Positions 9,004-19,080 of a stretch of 64,000 bases of DNA are shown one piece after another. Source of the stretch: Gemmatimonadales bacterium (GTDB taxonomy: Bacteria > Gemmatimonadota > Gemmatimonadetes > Gemmatimonadales > GWC2-71-9). The notes under the pieces were generated by a model that saw only the letters and a program-made list of their open reading frames with translations, did no database searches and had not been told where the DNA came from. The position numbers and the translations under genes were made by a program. The DNA is taken from positions 32,013-96,012 of the forward strand of contig JBFXAS010000001.1 in NCBI GenBank assembly GCA_050184075.1, given 5' to 3'. Numbering within the stretch: the first letter of the stretch is position 1; each line of letters opens with the position of its first letter.

Positions 9004-10265
9004 CGGTTGGTTCGCCCCAGCGGGCCGCCGACCCGCTCGCGCACCCACTGCTCGCGCTCCTGCTGCTCTTCGAGGAGACCCGAGGTCGGGAGAATCAGGA
9101 CACTGTCGCCCACCTCGAGCCCGGCGAGCACGGCGGTGTAGTCGAAGTCGGTGAGTCCGGCCCGCACCGCCACCGGCCGGGGCTGCCCGTTCTCCACCAC
9201 GAAGGCGACGTAGCGTCGGATCGCCGTGCCCGCCTCGCCCTCGCTCACGTCGTCGCCGCCGAGCTCGGAGACCGGCTCGCCCCCTCTCGTCCGGAAGGCG
9301 GAACCCGCCTCCTCCGAAAGGCCGAGCATCTCGAGCGCGACGGGCAGGTCCTCGAACGGACGGAGGGCCGCGTTGGGCACCGCCACCGCGTCGCCCACCT
9401 CGCCGATGTGAACCTCGACCTCGGCGTTCATTCCGGGACGGAGGAGATGCTCCTGATTCGCGATCCGGGCGAGCACCGGGAACATCGTCACGTTCTGGTC
9501 GACCACGGCCTCGGCCCCGACCCGGAGCACCTCGCCCCGAAAGGGCCGATTGGGAAAGGCGGCCACCTGGATCGTCACCGGGAGGCCGGGCTCGACCATG
9601 CCGATGTCGGTCTCGTCCACCAGCGCGCGGATCTGCACGGTGTCGAGCGTGGCCATCCGGAGCAGCACGGCGCCGCCGCCGACGTCACGGCTCGCCGAGG
9701 CGATCACCGAGCCGACCTCGACGCTCCGGCCGAGAATCACTCCATCGGACGGGGCGCGGACCTCGGTATCCTCGTAGGCGATCTTGGCGTCCTCGAGCGC
9801 GCGGCGGGCCCGAACCAGCGCCGCGTAGGCGGTGGCCCGGTTGAGCCTGGCCTGCTCGAACTCGAGCTCCGTGATGGCCTGCGACTCCCGCAGGGCGGCG
9901 GAACGCTCCAGCTGGGCTTCGGCGTTGTCGAGCTCCGCGCGCGCCACCACCGAGTCGGCCTCGGCCTGCACCACCGCGTTGCTCGGAATCCGCGGATCGA
10001 CCCGGACCAGCAGGTCGCCCTGGCGGACCGGGTCGCCCTCTTCGACCTCGACCTCGATGATCTCGCCCGAGGCCTTCGACTTGACCTCGACGGTGGTGAT
10101 CGGCTCGATCACGCCCGCGGCCACGGCGCTCACCACGATGTCGCGCCTGGTGACCTCGACCAGACGTCCCAACGAGTGCTGCTCCTCCGGCGTCCGACAG
10201 CCTGCGACGAACACACCGAGCGCCACCGCCAGGCAACCGGCAGCACGCGGAGTGATTCGGATCAT
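9000..10265 (-). CDS. Efflux periplasmic adaptor subunit (HlyD/MacA family), lipoprotein
   Basis: Start MIRITPRAAGCLAVALGVFVAGC (lipobox, GGAGAGG SD). Contains a coiled-coil hairpin (AELDNAEAQLERS...) and beta-barrel segments typical of membrane fusion proteins. Confidence 0.85.
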   Translation of the reverse strand: MIRITPRAAGCLAVALGVFVAGCRTPEEQHSLGRLVEVTRRDIVVSAVAAGVIEPITTVEVKSKASGEIIEVEVEEGDPVRQGDLLVRVDPRIPSNAVVQAEADSVVARAELDNAEAQLERSAALRESQAITELEFEQARLNRATAYAALVRARRALEDAKIAYEDTEVRAPSDGVILGRSVEVGSVIASASRDVGGGAVLLRMATLDTVQIRALVDETDIGMVEPGLPVTIQVAAFPNRPFRGEVLRVGAEAVVDQNVTMFPVLARIANQEHLLRPGMNAEVEVHIGEVGDAVAVPNAALRPFEDLPVALEMLGLSEEAGSAFRTRGGEPVSELGGDDVSEGEAGTAIRRYVAFVVENGQPRPVAVRAGLTDFDYTAVLAGLEVGDSVLILPTSGLLEEQQEREQWVRERVGGPLGRTNR

Positions 10266-10445
10266 CGGGACCTCTCCGTCGACTCCCCGGCCCGACGCCA
10301 ACCGTCGGGCTCTCCTAAGGACTGTGGCCCGTTTCCGCCGGGAGGTCAACCCGGGCCCCGCGGCGCCAGGCGGAGGCCTCCGGATCGCCCGCCATTCGCG
10401 GGGTTCGGGGCGGAGGCTCTGACCGACCCGGACTGGCCTTCGAGC

Positions 10446-12323
10446 TCACCACGCGATCCCGTAGTCCTCGCCGTTGTCGCTCGAGCCGCCCCAGAAGCTG
10501 CCCCGGACCCAATCGAAGAAGATGGCGTTGATCGGCCCCGAGGTGCTCCGCGCGAAGTCGAGCGAGTAGCCCTTCTTCCGGAGCTCGTTCCGGATCCAGT
10601 CGGGCACGTCGTCGCGAAGGGTGAGCCGGCCGGGCCGGGACTCGTGCTCGCCAAAGGAGCTCATCATCTGGTAGCTGGTGATATTGGCCGCCTCGACGGC
10701 CTCCTGCACGTTCATCTCGAACTCGACCATGTTCAGGAAGAACTGGAGCAGGTTCTGATCCTGGGTGTCGCCGCCCTGGACCGCGAAGGAGAGGAACGGC
10801 TTCCCGTCCTTGAGCGCGATCGAGGGCGTCAGTGTCACCCGCGGACGCTTGCCCGGCTCGATCACGTTGTAGGGGCCCCACGCCGGGTCCAGCACGAAGC
10901 TCTGGGCGCGCTGGCTCAGGCCCACTCCCGTCTTGCCGGCGATCACCGCCGGCACCCAGCCGCCCGAGGGCGTGATCGAGACCACCCAGCCGTTCTCGTC
11001 GGCCGCCTGGACCGAGGTGGTGCCCATCCGGAAGGTCTCGTCGAACGAGAGCGCCGAGCCCAGAGCCTGGCCATCCGTGGTGGTGGTCGGCTTGGCCGGG
11101 CGCTTGGGCGGCCAGGCGCGGAGGTAGTCGAGGAACGGGTTGCTGCCGTTCTGGAAGGGATAGGGATCGCCCGGCTTGACGTTGGGGTCGTTCTTGTCCC
11201 AGTCGATCTGCTCGTAGCGCTGCTTGGCGTAGGCCTTCGACAACAGGCCCCGGATCGGCTCCTCCGGTGGGTACGCCGGGTCGCCGTAGTAGAAATCGCG
11301 GTCGGCGAAGGCCAGGCTCATCGCCTGATAGACCGCGTGGATGTAGCGGCCGCTGTTGTAGCCCATGCTCTTGAGATCGGCATTCTCCAGGATGTTGAGC
11401 GCCTGGAGCAGCGCCGGTCCCTGCTGCCACTCGCGGAGCTTGAAGACCTCGATTCCCCGATAGCTGGTGGAGAGCGGCTCCTCGATCTTGACCGACCAGT
11501 TGGCCAGGTCCTGCCTGGTGATCAGCCCGCCCTGCTCCTGGGTGCTCCGCGCGATCTCCGCGGCGATGTCGCCCTTGTAGAAGCGGTCGTAGGCGGCGTA
11601 GATCGCCTCCTTGCGGCTCTTGCCCGACGCGAGCGCCTTCGCCTCGGCCTCGACCAGCTTGCGGAGCGTCGCGGCGAGGTCGGGCTGCTTGAAGATCTCC
11701 CCGGCCTCCGGGGCCTCCCGCTCGGCCCCGGGGTGAGTCAGAAAGAGGGCCTTCGAGTAGGGCCACTTCTTGATCTCGCCCTTCATCCGCTCGATGGAGT
11801 TCGCGGTCTGGGCCTCGATCGGATAGCCGTCGGCCAGCTCGATCGCGGGGGCCAGCACCTGGGCGAGGCTCATGCTGCCGTATTCCGCCAGGATCGTCAT
11901 CAGGCCGCCGGGCGTGCCTGGCGTCACGGCCGCGAGCGGGCCGAACTCGGGGGGATAGTCCATCCCTTTCGACTTGTAGTATTCCGCCGTCGCGCCGGTC
12001 GGCGCGACCCCCAGCGCGTTGATCCCGATGACCTTCTTGAGGCCCGGATGGTAGATCAGCGCCTGGGTCTCGCCGCCCCAGCTCAGCACGTCCCACATCG
12101 TGGCGACGGCGCCGAGCATCGCCATCGCGGCGTCGACCGCGTTGCCGCCCTGGCTGAAGATCCGGGCGCCCGCCGTGGCGCCGAGCGGCTTACCCGTGAT
12201 CGCGACCCAGTGGCGGCCGTGGAGAACCGGCTTGTTGGTCCGCTGGGCCACGCCTGAGTCGACCCCGACGGCGAGGGTGACCAGGACGAGGGCGCCTAGC
12301 GCCCGAGCGGAAAAGCGAGCCAT
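10446..12323 (-). CDS. ggt: Gamma-glutamyltransferase
   Basis: Signal peptide MARFSARALGALVLVTLAVG with a GGAGGAG SD. GATAGARIFSQGGNAVDAA and the autoprocessing/catalytic site MGTTSVQAADENGWVVSITPSGG. Confidence 0.85.
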   Translation of the reverse strand: MARFSARALGALVLVTLAVGVDSGVAQRTNKPVLHGRHWVAITGKPLGATAGARIFSQGGNAVDAAMAMLGAVATMWDVLSWGGETQALIYHPGLKKVIGINALGVAPTGATAEYYKSKGMDYPPEFGPLAAVTPGTPGGLMTILAEYGSMSLAQVLAPAIELADGYPIEAQTANSIERMKGEIKKWPYSKALFLTHPGAEREAPEAGEIFKQPDLAATLRKLVEAEAKALASGKSRKEAIYAAYDRFYKGDIAAEIARSTQEQGGLITRQDLANWSVKIEEPLSTSYRGIEVFKLREWQQGPALLQALNILENADLKSMGYNSGRYIHAVYQAMSLAFADRDFYYGDPAYPPEEPIRGLLSKAYAKQRYEQIDWDKNDPNVKPGDPYPFQNGSNPFLDYLRAWPPKRPAKPTTTTDGQALGSALSFDETFRMGTTSVQAADENGWVVSITPSGGWVPAVIAGKTGVGLSQRAQSFVLDPAWGPYNVIEPGKRPRVTLTPSIALKDGKPFLSFAVQGGDTQDQNLLQFFLNMVEFEMNVQEAVEAANITSYQMMSSFGEHESRPGRLTLRDDVPDWIRNELRKKGYSLDFARSTSGPINAIFFDWVRGSFWGGSSDNGEDYGIAW

Positions 12324-12394
12324 GGGACTCCTCCGGCTGGTGATGGGCGTGGGAATCAAGAAGATACGCTCGGCGGGCCCAACCCGCCGGCCCC

Positions 12395-13147
12395 TCAGGC
12401 GATCGCCCGCTCGACCAGCGACCAGATCGCGGCCGGATCCTCGACGTGGGCGTTGTGACCGAGACCCGGCAGGATGACCGGCTCGGGCACCAGCCGCGCC
12501 AGTTCATCGAGCCGGCTCATCGGGTCTCGCTCGCCGGCCGCGAGGGTCACCGGGGCACGCGCGGCCGAGAGCAGCGCCGGCATGTCGGGAGCGCCGACCC
12601 CGAACGCCCCGGGATCGAACGCGGTCGACCAGCCGCCCTCCCGCTCGCGCACGGCCGAGTCGCCAACCAACTCGGGCTCGAGCAGGCCGATCAGGCCAGC
12701 CACCTTGAGATAGCGCTCTGCGGCTTCGCGCCGGCGGGGATAGACGGGGTTGGCCCGCCCGGCGAGGGCGCGCACCTTGGCCAGATCCTCGTCGGACCAG
12801 GTGACCTTGATGCCGAGCCCGATCGCGGCCGACGCCGAGACGGCGAATCGCCCGCTCGCGAGGGTGAGCGCGATCACACCCCCGAGCGAGTGGCCCAAGA
12901 GGACGAGCGGCTCGTGCTTCGGCACCGCGCGCGCCACACTGGTCGCCATCGCCTCGAAGGAGTAACGCTCGAGCGGCGCGGAGCCGCCGTGACCCGGAAG
13001 GTCCGGCACCACCCAGCGCCCCGGCCAGCGCTCGGCCACGAGCGCGAGCAGCCCGTTCCAGACCTCGCCGACCGCGCCCAGGCCGTGGATCAGCACCAGC
13101 ACCGGTGCGCCGTCGCCACCCCGACGCACGCTGACCGTTTCGCTCAT
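12395..13147 (-). CDS. Alpha/beta hydrolase
   Basis: 250 aa. LVLIHGLGAVGE and LLGHSLGGVIA nucleophile elbow. ATG 13147 overlaps the P450 stop (ATGA). The rest of the 372-aa track ORF is shadow sequence. Confidence 0.75.
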   Translation of the reverse strand: MSETVSVRRGGDGAPVLVLIHGLGAVGEVWNGLLALVAERWPGRWVVPDLPGHGGSAPLERYSFEAMATSVARAVPKHEPLVLLGHSLGGVIALTLASGRFAVSASAAIGLGIKVTWSDEDLAKVRALAGRANPVYPRRREAAERYLKVAGLIGLLEPELVGDSAVREREGGWSTAFDPGAFGVGAPDMPALLSAARAPVTLAAGERDPMSRLDELARLVPEPVILPGLGHNAHVEDPAAIWSLVERAIA

Positions 13148-14475
13148 GAGTTTCCCTCCACCCGTGACCATCTGATCGGCAGCCGCTTGACTCCTCGTTG
13201 AAAGCTCGAGCGCAAGAGCGCCGGCGGGCCGTCGGGCTCGAGCCGCCCCATCGTGGCCAGCACTTCCGCGAACAGGGCCCGCATCTGCACCCGAGCCAGT
13301 TGGGCGCCGAGACAGAAGTGCGGCCCGTGCCCGAACGCGAGATGCGGGTTGGGTTGTCGTCGGACGTCGATCCGGTCCGCCTCGGTGAAGACCTGCTCGT
13401 CTCGATTCGCCGAGATGAAGGAGACCACCACCTTCTGCCCGGCGCGGATCGTGACCCCGCCGAGGGTGGTGTCGGCGGCGGCGGTTCGGCGGAAGGTCAT
13501 CACCGGCGTCCACCAGCGGAGCAGCTCTTCGATCGCGCCCGGCAGAAGCGACGGGTCCGAGCGGAGCTCCTCCTGGATCCCGGGATGCTCGAGCAGACCG
13601 ATGCAGGCGCCCGGCAGCCCGTTGCGGAGGGTCTCGTTGCCGGCCACCGCGAAGAGCCAGAACAGGTTCTCGAATTCCTCGATCGACACCCGGCCACCGT
13701 CGGCGTCGACCTGCGCGAGCAGGATCGACATCACGTCGTCACCGGGATGCCGGCGCTTCTCTTGGGCGAGGAGGTGGGCATAGACGTAGAGGTCCAGCAT
13801 GCCTTCGCGGGTGCGAGGATCGGGCAGCGCGCCGTCCGGTCCCGGCGCCGGGCGATGGCGGAGTGCTTGGCGGGCGAGGTCCGTCCCGGCCGAGAGGTCG
13901 AACTCGGCCGAGGAGGCATAGTCGGGATCCTGGAAGCCGATCACCCGGTTGGACCAGTCGAAGAGCAGCATCCGATCCTCCACCGGGACGCCAAGGATCT
14001 CGGCGAGCGTGAGCAGGGGGAGGTCGGCGGCGACGTCCTTCGCGAAGTCGACCCGGCCGGATCGCGCCTTCCCGACGACGCGCGCCACGATCGAGCGGGC
14101 GTGGGCCCGGATCCGATCCTCGAGCTGCGCCACGGCCCGCGGCGTGAACGAACGGGTGAGCAGCCCCCGGAGTCTCGAGTGATCCGGTGGGTCCATGTTG
14201 AGCATCATCCGCCTGACGAAGGTGAGCGCCTCGGGCGTCGCCGGGTCGCGGGTCTGGGTCCCGCCCAGCCAGGAGGAGAAGAGCTGCGGGCGGCTCAGCA
14301 CCGTCTGGACGTCGGCGTGCCGCAGCACCAGCCAGAAGCCCGAGCCGCCCGACCACCCGGGCGACGCCGGCTCCTCGACCCAGAGTACGGGCCGCTCCCG
14401 TCGCAGCCCGGCCAGCATCCCGAACGGAACGCCGACCTCATAGGTCGCAGGGTCGAACAGGGTCTCCACGCCCAC
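13144..14475 (-). CDS. Cytochrome P450 (CYP124/125/142-like clan by N-terminal pattern)
   Basis: Heme-thiolate loop FGHGPHFCLGAQLAR and ExxR motif IEELLRWWTP. MLNMDPPDHSRLRGLLTRSFTPRAV resembles the terminal-hydroxylase CYP clan (recall-level). Confidence 0.9.
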   Translation of the reverse strand: MGVETLFDPATYEVGVPFGMLAGLRRERPVLWVEEPASPGWSGGSGFWLVLRHADVQTVLSRPQLFSSWLGGTQTRDPATPEALTFVRRMMLNMDPPDHSRLRGLLTRSFTPRAVAQLEDRIRAHARSIVARVVGKARSGRVDFAKDVAADLPLLTLAEILGVPVEDRMLLFDWSNRVIGFQDPDYASSAEFDLSAGTDLARQALRHRPAPGPDGALPDPRTREGMLDLYVYAHLLAQEKRRHPGDDVMSILLAQVDADGGRVSIEEFENLFWLFAVAGNETLRNGLPGACIGLLEHPGIQEELRSDPSLLPGAIEELLRWWTPVMTFRRTAAADTTLGGVTIRAGQKVVVSFISANRDEQVFTEADRIDVRRQPNPHLAFGHGPHFCLGAQLARVQMRALFAEVLATMGRLEPDGPPALLRSSFQRGVKRLPIRWSRVEGNS

Positions 14476-14530
14476 GCGGCGGCTCGGACTGCAGGCTACC
14501 GGCAGGGCTGCGGCGCGCGCTGGGGCGTCG

Positions 14531-15499
14531 TCATTCGCGCTCGGTGGGCTTGGCGAGCCGTGCGGCGGCGGTCGCCATGAACGACTCCTGCGGCGGCCCG
14601 TAGACGGCCACCAGCCCCTTGATCAGATTCATCATCGCCACCGTGGTGTGGCTCTCGTCGGGAAACAGGTAGGTCGAGAGCGTGAGTCCGGGATACCCGC
14701 GCTCCCGAAGCAGCCGCTCGAGCCGGTGGACGTTGGTGACCATCCGGAAGGGCGCCCCGGCCGGATCGGATTCCTCGAGGCTCCCGACACCGAGGAAGAC
14801 CCGGGCCCGCAGATCGTGGCGGGTCTCGGTGAACCGCTTGGCCACCTCGAGCATGGCCTCGTTCCCCCACCAGAGCGACGGGCTGCCGATGATGTAACGC
14901 CCGAACGTCTCCGGCTTCGTGAAGAGGATGTAGCAGCCGAACAGCCCGCCGAGCGAGTCGCCCCAGTAGCCGCGGTCGCCGGGATCGGTCGGATAGCGCG
15001 CGTCGATGAAAGGGATCAGCTCTTGTCGGATGAATTCGAGGAACTGCGGCGCGCCACCACTCGTCCGACCCGGCGCGAGGGCGCCCGCGATCGGCACGCC
15101 GATGCCGCCGCCCGCCGCCCCGGTGTCGACGGACGGGGTCAGGTCGCGCGCCCGGATCTCGAGGGTCTGCATCAGCGAGGTGACGCCCGGATAGCCGATC
15201 CCCACGGCGATGAACCGCGGCACGTCACCGAGCATCATCATTCTGAGCGCCTCGGCGGCCATGAACTCGCCGTTGATGTCGGTCATGTAGAGCACCGGAA
15301 ACCGGGTCCGCTCACCGGGCAGCATCGGCGGGAGGAGCACCTGGATCCGGAACGAGTCACCCACCTGTTTCGAGAGCAGGGTGTGCGCCTCGATGGGGGG
15401 CACCTGGACCGCGCCCTGAGCGGAAGCCGGCGCCGGCGGGCCAAGCGCTCCGCCCAGCGCGATCGCCGCCACTACGATACCGGGCCGCAAGGCTGCCAT
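14531..15499 (-). CDS. Secreted esterase (putative-esterase / IroE-Fes-like fold)
   Basis: Signal peptide MAALRPGIVVAAIALGGALGPPAPASAQ. FPVLYMTDING... and YWGDSLGGLFG nucleophile motif. Confidence 0.65.
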   Translation of the reverse strand: MAALRPGIVVAAIALGGALGPPAPASAQGAVQVPPIEAHTLLSKQVGDSFRIQVLLPPMLPGERTRFPVLYMTDINGEFMAAEALRMMMLGDVPRFIAVGIGYPGVTSLMQTLEIRARDLTPSVDTGAAGGGIGVPIAGALAPGRTSGGAPQFLEFIRQELIPFIDARYPTDPGDRGYWGDSLGGLFGCYILFTKPETFGRYIIGSPSLWWGNEAMLEVAKRFTETRHDLRARVFLGVGSLEESDPAGAPFRMVTNVHRLERLLRERGYPGLTLSTYLFPDESHTTVAMMNLIKGLVAVYGPPQESFMATAAARLAKPTERE

Positions 15500-15613
15500 G
15501 GTGGTTCCCTCTCGTCGATTGGAATTGCGGTGTCACCAAGCGTGCGCCGCGCCGAGCCGGATGTCAATCGCGATCTCGTGAAACCTGACGCGGCCTTCTC
15601 CTGTACCTATCCA

Positions 15614-18277
15614 ATGACCATCGATCACACCGTACCACGCCGCGCTTCCCGAGCGCTCGCCGCCGCGTTCGTCCTTGGAACGATCTTGCTGTCCGTCGCC
15701 GCACCCGCCGCCGCCCAACGGGCCGGCAAGGCGGCCCGCGCGGCCCGGATCGCCGGACCGGCGCCCAGGATCGACGGAGCCCTCGACGACCAAGCCTGGC
15801 GCACCGCGACCCCGATCGACGACTTCGTCGAGAAGCTCCCGGACGAGGGAGCCGAGCCCAAGGTCCGCACCGAGATCCGGATCCTCTACGACGACGACGC
15901 CGTCTATCTCGGCGCCCGCCTCCGCCGGCCCGACCCGGAGAACATTCCGGTGCCCGTCACCCGACGGGACGCCGGCAGCAACGCCGAGCAGCTGGTGGTC
16001 TCCTTCGACACCTACTTCGACCGGCGGACGGCCTATAGCTTCTCGATCTCCTCCGGCGGGGTCCGCGGCGACTACTACCACGGCCAGGACTCGCAGTCCG
16101 ATCGCCAGTACGAATACGACCCGATCTGGCACGCCAAGGCGCGAGTCGACAGCCTCGGCTGGACGGCCGAGCTGCGAATCCCCTTCTCGCAGCTCCGCTT
16201 CGGCGCGAAGAACCAGCGCTGGGGGCTCCAGATCCAGCGGCTGATCCCCGATCGCAACATGGATCTCTACTGGATCCTGATCCCCCGGGCGCAGGACCAG
16301 TCCGGCTGGAGCTCCTTCTTCGGCGAGCTCGACGGGATCGCGGACATCGAGACCAGCCGCGGAGTCGAGGTCGTCCCCTTCGTGGCCGGCGAGCTCACCG
16401 CGGAGGGCGATCGCGACCCCCGCGATCCCTTCGATCGCTCCTTCGCCGGCCGGGCGGGCGCCGACCTCAAGGTCGGGCTCGGCAACCTGACCCTCGACGC
16501 AACCGTCAATCCGGACTTCGGGCAGGTCGAAGCCGACCCGGCCGAGGTCAACCTGACCGCCTTCGAGACCGTCTTCGAGGAGAAGCGCCCCTTCTTCATC
16601 GAGGGCAACGAGATCCTGACCGGGCGGGCCCAGAGCTTCCTGGGTCGCCCGACCTACTTCTACACCCGCCGGATCGGCGCGCCGCCGCACGCCGGCGTCG
16701 ACGGTGACTACGTCGACGCGCCGCGCAACACCACCATCCTGGGCGCCGGTAAGGTCACCGGCCGGTTGCCGTCGCGCCTCTCCGTGGGCCTGCTCGCCGC
16801 GGTCACCGCGCGCGAGCACGGGCGCGGTTACGACTCGCTGAGCGGCGTCACCACCCGGCTCCCGGTCGAGCCGACCACCGGCTACGGCGTGCTCCGCCTG
16901 CAGCAGGAGATCGGGAGCCAGCAGTCCACGGTGGGCATGGTCTTCACCTCCGTCCACCGCGGCGTGGCCGATCCCGGCGGGCTCGACCGGCTCCTCGCCC
17001 GCGACGCGCTGACCGGCGGCGTGGACTGGCGGCTCCGATTCGAGCAGGGCAAGTACGAGCTCACCGGGTGGGCCGGGTGGAGCCGGGTGAGCGGCGACGC
17101 CGAGGCGATCGACCGGGTCCAGCGCACCAGCGCCCACTATTTCCAGCGCCCCGACGCCGACTATCTCGACTACGACCCGCTCCGCACCTCGCTCGGCGGC
17201 TACACGGCCTCGGTCCGGGCCGACAAGAACGCCGGCAAGCTGACCCTCTGGGGCATCCAGGTCGGCGTCAAGTCGCCAGGCTTCGAGATCAACGACATCG
17301 GTCAGCTGGGCCGGGCCGACGTGGTCGACTTCAACGCCGACCTCCAGCTCCAGGACACCAAGCCGAACCGGGTCTTTCGCTATCTACGGGTGGGCCACAC
17401 CGTGGTCGGGCAGTGGGACTTCGGGGGCGAGCGCCAGGCGATGCGCCTTACGCACAGCACCACGGCCATCTTCCGCAACTACTGGACGGCGAGCGTCCGG
17501 GCCCAGTACTCGCGCGCGGCGCTGAGCAACACCCTCACCCGGGGCGGCCCGTACATGGCCACGCCCGAGAGCTGGCAGCTGGTCGGCTCGCTGAGCGGCA
17601 ACCAGTCGGCCCGGACAACTTGGTCCCTGCTGGGGTCGTACCTCGACGATCGGCTCGGCGGCTCCCGACTCGCGCTCAGCGCCGGCGTCACCACCCGCCC
17701 GAGCGCCCGGTGGGAGGCGTCGCTCGCGCCCGCGTACGTCCGGAGCACCACCGCGCGGCAGTTCGTCGGACGGGCCGCCGGCGGCAGCGCGGCCACGTTC
17801 GGCTCGCGCTACCTCTTCGCCTTCGTCGACCAGCGCACGATCTCCACCCAGTTCCGGCTCAACTACGCCTTCACCCCCAACCTGACGATCCAGGCCTACG
17901 CCGAGCCGTTCGCCTCGAGCGGCCGCTTCTACGACTTGGGCGAGCTGGCCGCGGCGCGCACCAGCGATCTCCGCACCTTCGGCGTCGCCGCCGGCACCAC
18001 GATCACCGAAGCCGACGGGGTTTATACCGTCACCGATGGCGACCAGAGCTTCAGCATCGCCGCGCCCGACTTCCGTTTCCTCTCGTTCCGCTCCAACCTC
18101 GTGCTCCGCTGGGAATGGCTCCCGGGCAGCACCCTGTTCGCGATCTGGCAGCAGGACCGGAGCGAAGACGTCTTCGGCGAGCACGAGATCGGCGCCCGCT
18201 CCCTCTGGGACGCGTTCCGCGCCCGAGGCGACAACTTTTTCGCGCTCAAGATGAGCTACTGGCTCAAGGCACGCTGA
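15614..18277 (+). CDS. CBM9-like domain + DUF5916 large secreted/outer-membrane-type protein
   Basis: Start MTIDHTVPRRASRALAAAFVLGTILLSVAAPAAAQ. IDGALDDQAWRTATPIDDFVEKLPDEG...ILYDDDAVYLGARL is the CBM9-like N-terminus seen in DUF5916 proteins (recall-level). The first 322 codons of the 1209-aa track ORF are antisense to the esterase gene. Confidence 0.7.
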   Translation: MTIDHTVPRRASRALAAAFVLGTILLSVAAPAAAQRAGKAARAARIAGPAPRIDGALDDQAWRTATPIDDFVEKLPDEGAEPKVRTEIRILYDDDAVYLGARLRRPDPENIPVPVTRRDAGSNAEQLVVSFDTYFDRRTAYSFSISSGGVRGDYYHGQDSQSDRQYEYDPIWHAKARVDSLGWTAELRIPFSQLRFGAKNQRWGLQIQRLIPDRNMDLYWILIPRAQDQSGWSSFFGELDGIADIETSRGVEVVPFVAGELTAEGDRDPRDPFDRSFAGRAGADLKVGLGNLTLDATVNPDFGQVEADPAEVNLTAFETVFEEKRPFFIEGNEILTGRAQSFLGRPTYFYTRRIGAPPHAGVDGDYVDAPRNTTILGAGKVTGRLPSRLSVGLLAAVTAREHGRGYDSLSGVTTRLPVEPTTGYGVLRLQQEIGSQQSTVGMVFTSVHRGVADPGGLDRLLARDALTGGVDWRLRFEQGKYELTGWAGWSRVSGDAEAIDRVQRTSAHYFQRPDADYLDYDPLRTSLGGYTASVRADKNAGKLTLWGIQVGVKSPGFEINDIGQLGRADVVDFNADLQLQDTKPNRVFRYLRVGHTVVGQWDFGGERQAMRLTHSTTAIFRNYWTASVRAQYSRAALSNTLTRGGPYMATPESWQLVGSLSGNQSARTTWSLLGSYLDDRLGGSRLALSAGVTTRPSARWEASLAPAYVRSTTARQFVGRAAGGSAATFGSRYLFAFVDQRTISTQFRLNYAFTPNLTIQAYAEPFASSGRFYDLGELAAARTSDLRTFGVAAGTTITEADGVYTVTDGDQSFSIAAPDFRFLSFRSNLVLRWEWLPGSTLFAIWQQDRSEDVFGEHEIGARSLWDAFRARGDNFFALKMSYWLKAR

Positions 18278-19065
18278 TCGGCGGCGCGAAGAGAAAGGGC
18301 GACCGACTCCACGAAGTAGCGCTTCGCCATCTCGCCGCTCGAGACCCGGCTCATCATCGGCTCGGCGCCCAGGGTCTGAAAGGCGATCGACCGGTCGGGC
18401 CAGTCCTCGTCGGACAGGCGCTCGACCTCGCGAATCGCCCAGTCGAGCCAGGCCGCCTTCCGGGCCAGGACCTCCGCGGGCTTCTGGAGCTCGCCGCGAT
18501 GGGCGCAGAAGGCCCGCTCCGGATCGAGCGCGATCACCCGCTCGACGCTGTTGAGGATGGCGTAGGGATCCTCGCCTCGATGGACCACGCAAGCCTTCAC
18601 GCCGAGGAAAAGGTCGCCCAGGAACACCACCCGCTGCTCCGGATCCCAGACCGCGAGGTGATCCGGACTGTGGCCCGGCGTGGCGATCAGCTCGAACGGA
18701 TGCTCCAGCGGAGTGGGACGGTCGGTGAGGGGCGGAGCTTCGCCCCAGACCAGCCGGCGATACCGCGCCAGTCGCAGCGTCTTGGGCATCAGGGCGACGG
18801 TCTCGTCCGAGATCGCGAGCGGCAGGCCGCGGGAGACGAGCATCGGCACATTGCCCGAATGGTCCTCGTGCCAATGGGTGACCAGGACGCCCCGGACCGG
18901 GTGGCGATCGAGATAGCGACCGAGCGCTCGGGAGGCCCGCGGGAAACCCGTGTCGATCAGGAAGCCACGGTGCACGAAGGCGCTTACCTTGGTACCGAGG
19001 AGCCGGCCGATCGCCGAGGTCATCCGCAGCTCGTCGATCGGTCCGTGCTCGATCACCTTCAGCAT
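18256..19065 (-). CDS. MBL-fold metallo-hydrolase
   Basis: 269 aa. LVTHWHEDHSGN (HxHxDH) and ATPGHSPDH. Its 3' end overlaps the convergent DUF5916 gene by 22 nt. Confidence 0.8.
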   Translation of the reverse strand: MLKVIEHGPIDELRMTSAIGRLLGTKVSAFVHRGFLIDTGFPRASRALGRYLDRHPVRGVLVTHWHEDHSGNVPMLVSRGLPLAISDETVALMPKTLRLARYRRLVWGEAPPLTDRPTPLEHPFELIATPGHSPDHLAVWDPEQRVVFLGDLFLGVKACVVHRGEDPYAILNSVERVIALDPERAFCAHRGELQKPAEVLARKAAWLDWAIREVERLSDEDWPDRSIAFQTLGAEPMMSRVSSGEMAKRYFVESVALSLRAADQRALSQ

Positions 19066-19080
19066 CCGGTGCGTACTCCC

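Noticed and set aside
9408-12257. 949-aa plus-strand ORF
   Set aside because: It is antisense to the MacA-like and ggt genes. The translation is R/G/D/P/H-rich low complexity with no domain pattern. This is the typical shadow ORF of high-GC DNA.
14648-15613. First 322 codons of the 1209-aa plus-strand ORF
   Set aside because: It is antisense to the esterase gene and non-protein-like. The recognisable protein, with its signal peptide and CBM9-like domain, starts at ATG 15614.
17068-19080. Upstream 671 codons of the 1042-aa plus-strand ORF
   Set aside because: It overlaps the DUF5916 gene in another frame and is antisense to the MBL hydrolase. Its composition is R/P/G-rich. The aminotransferase domain starts at ATG 19081.
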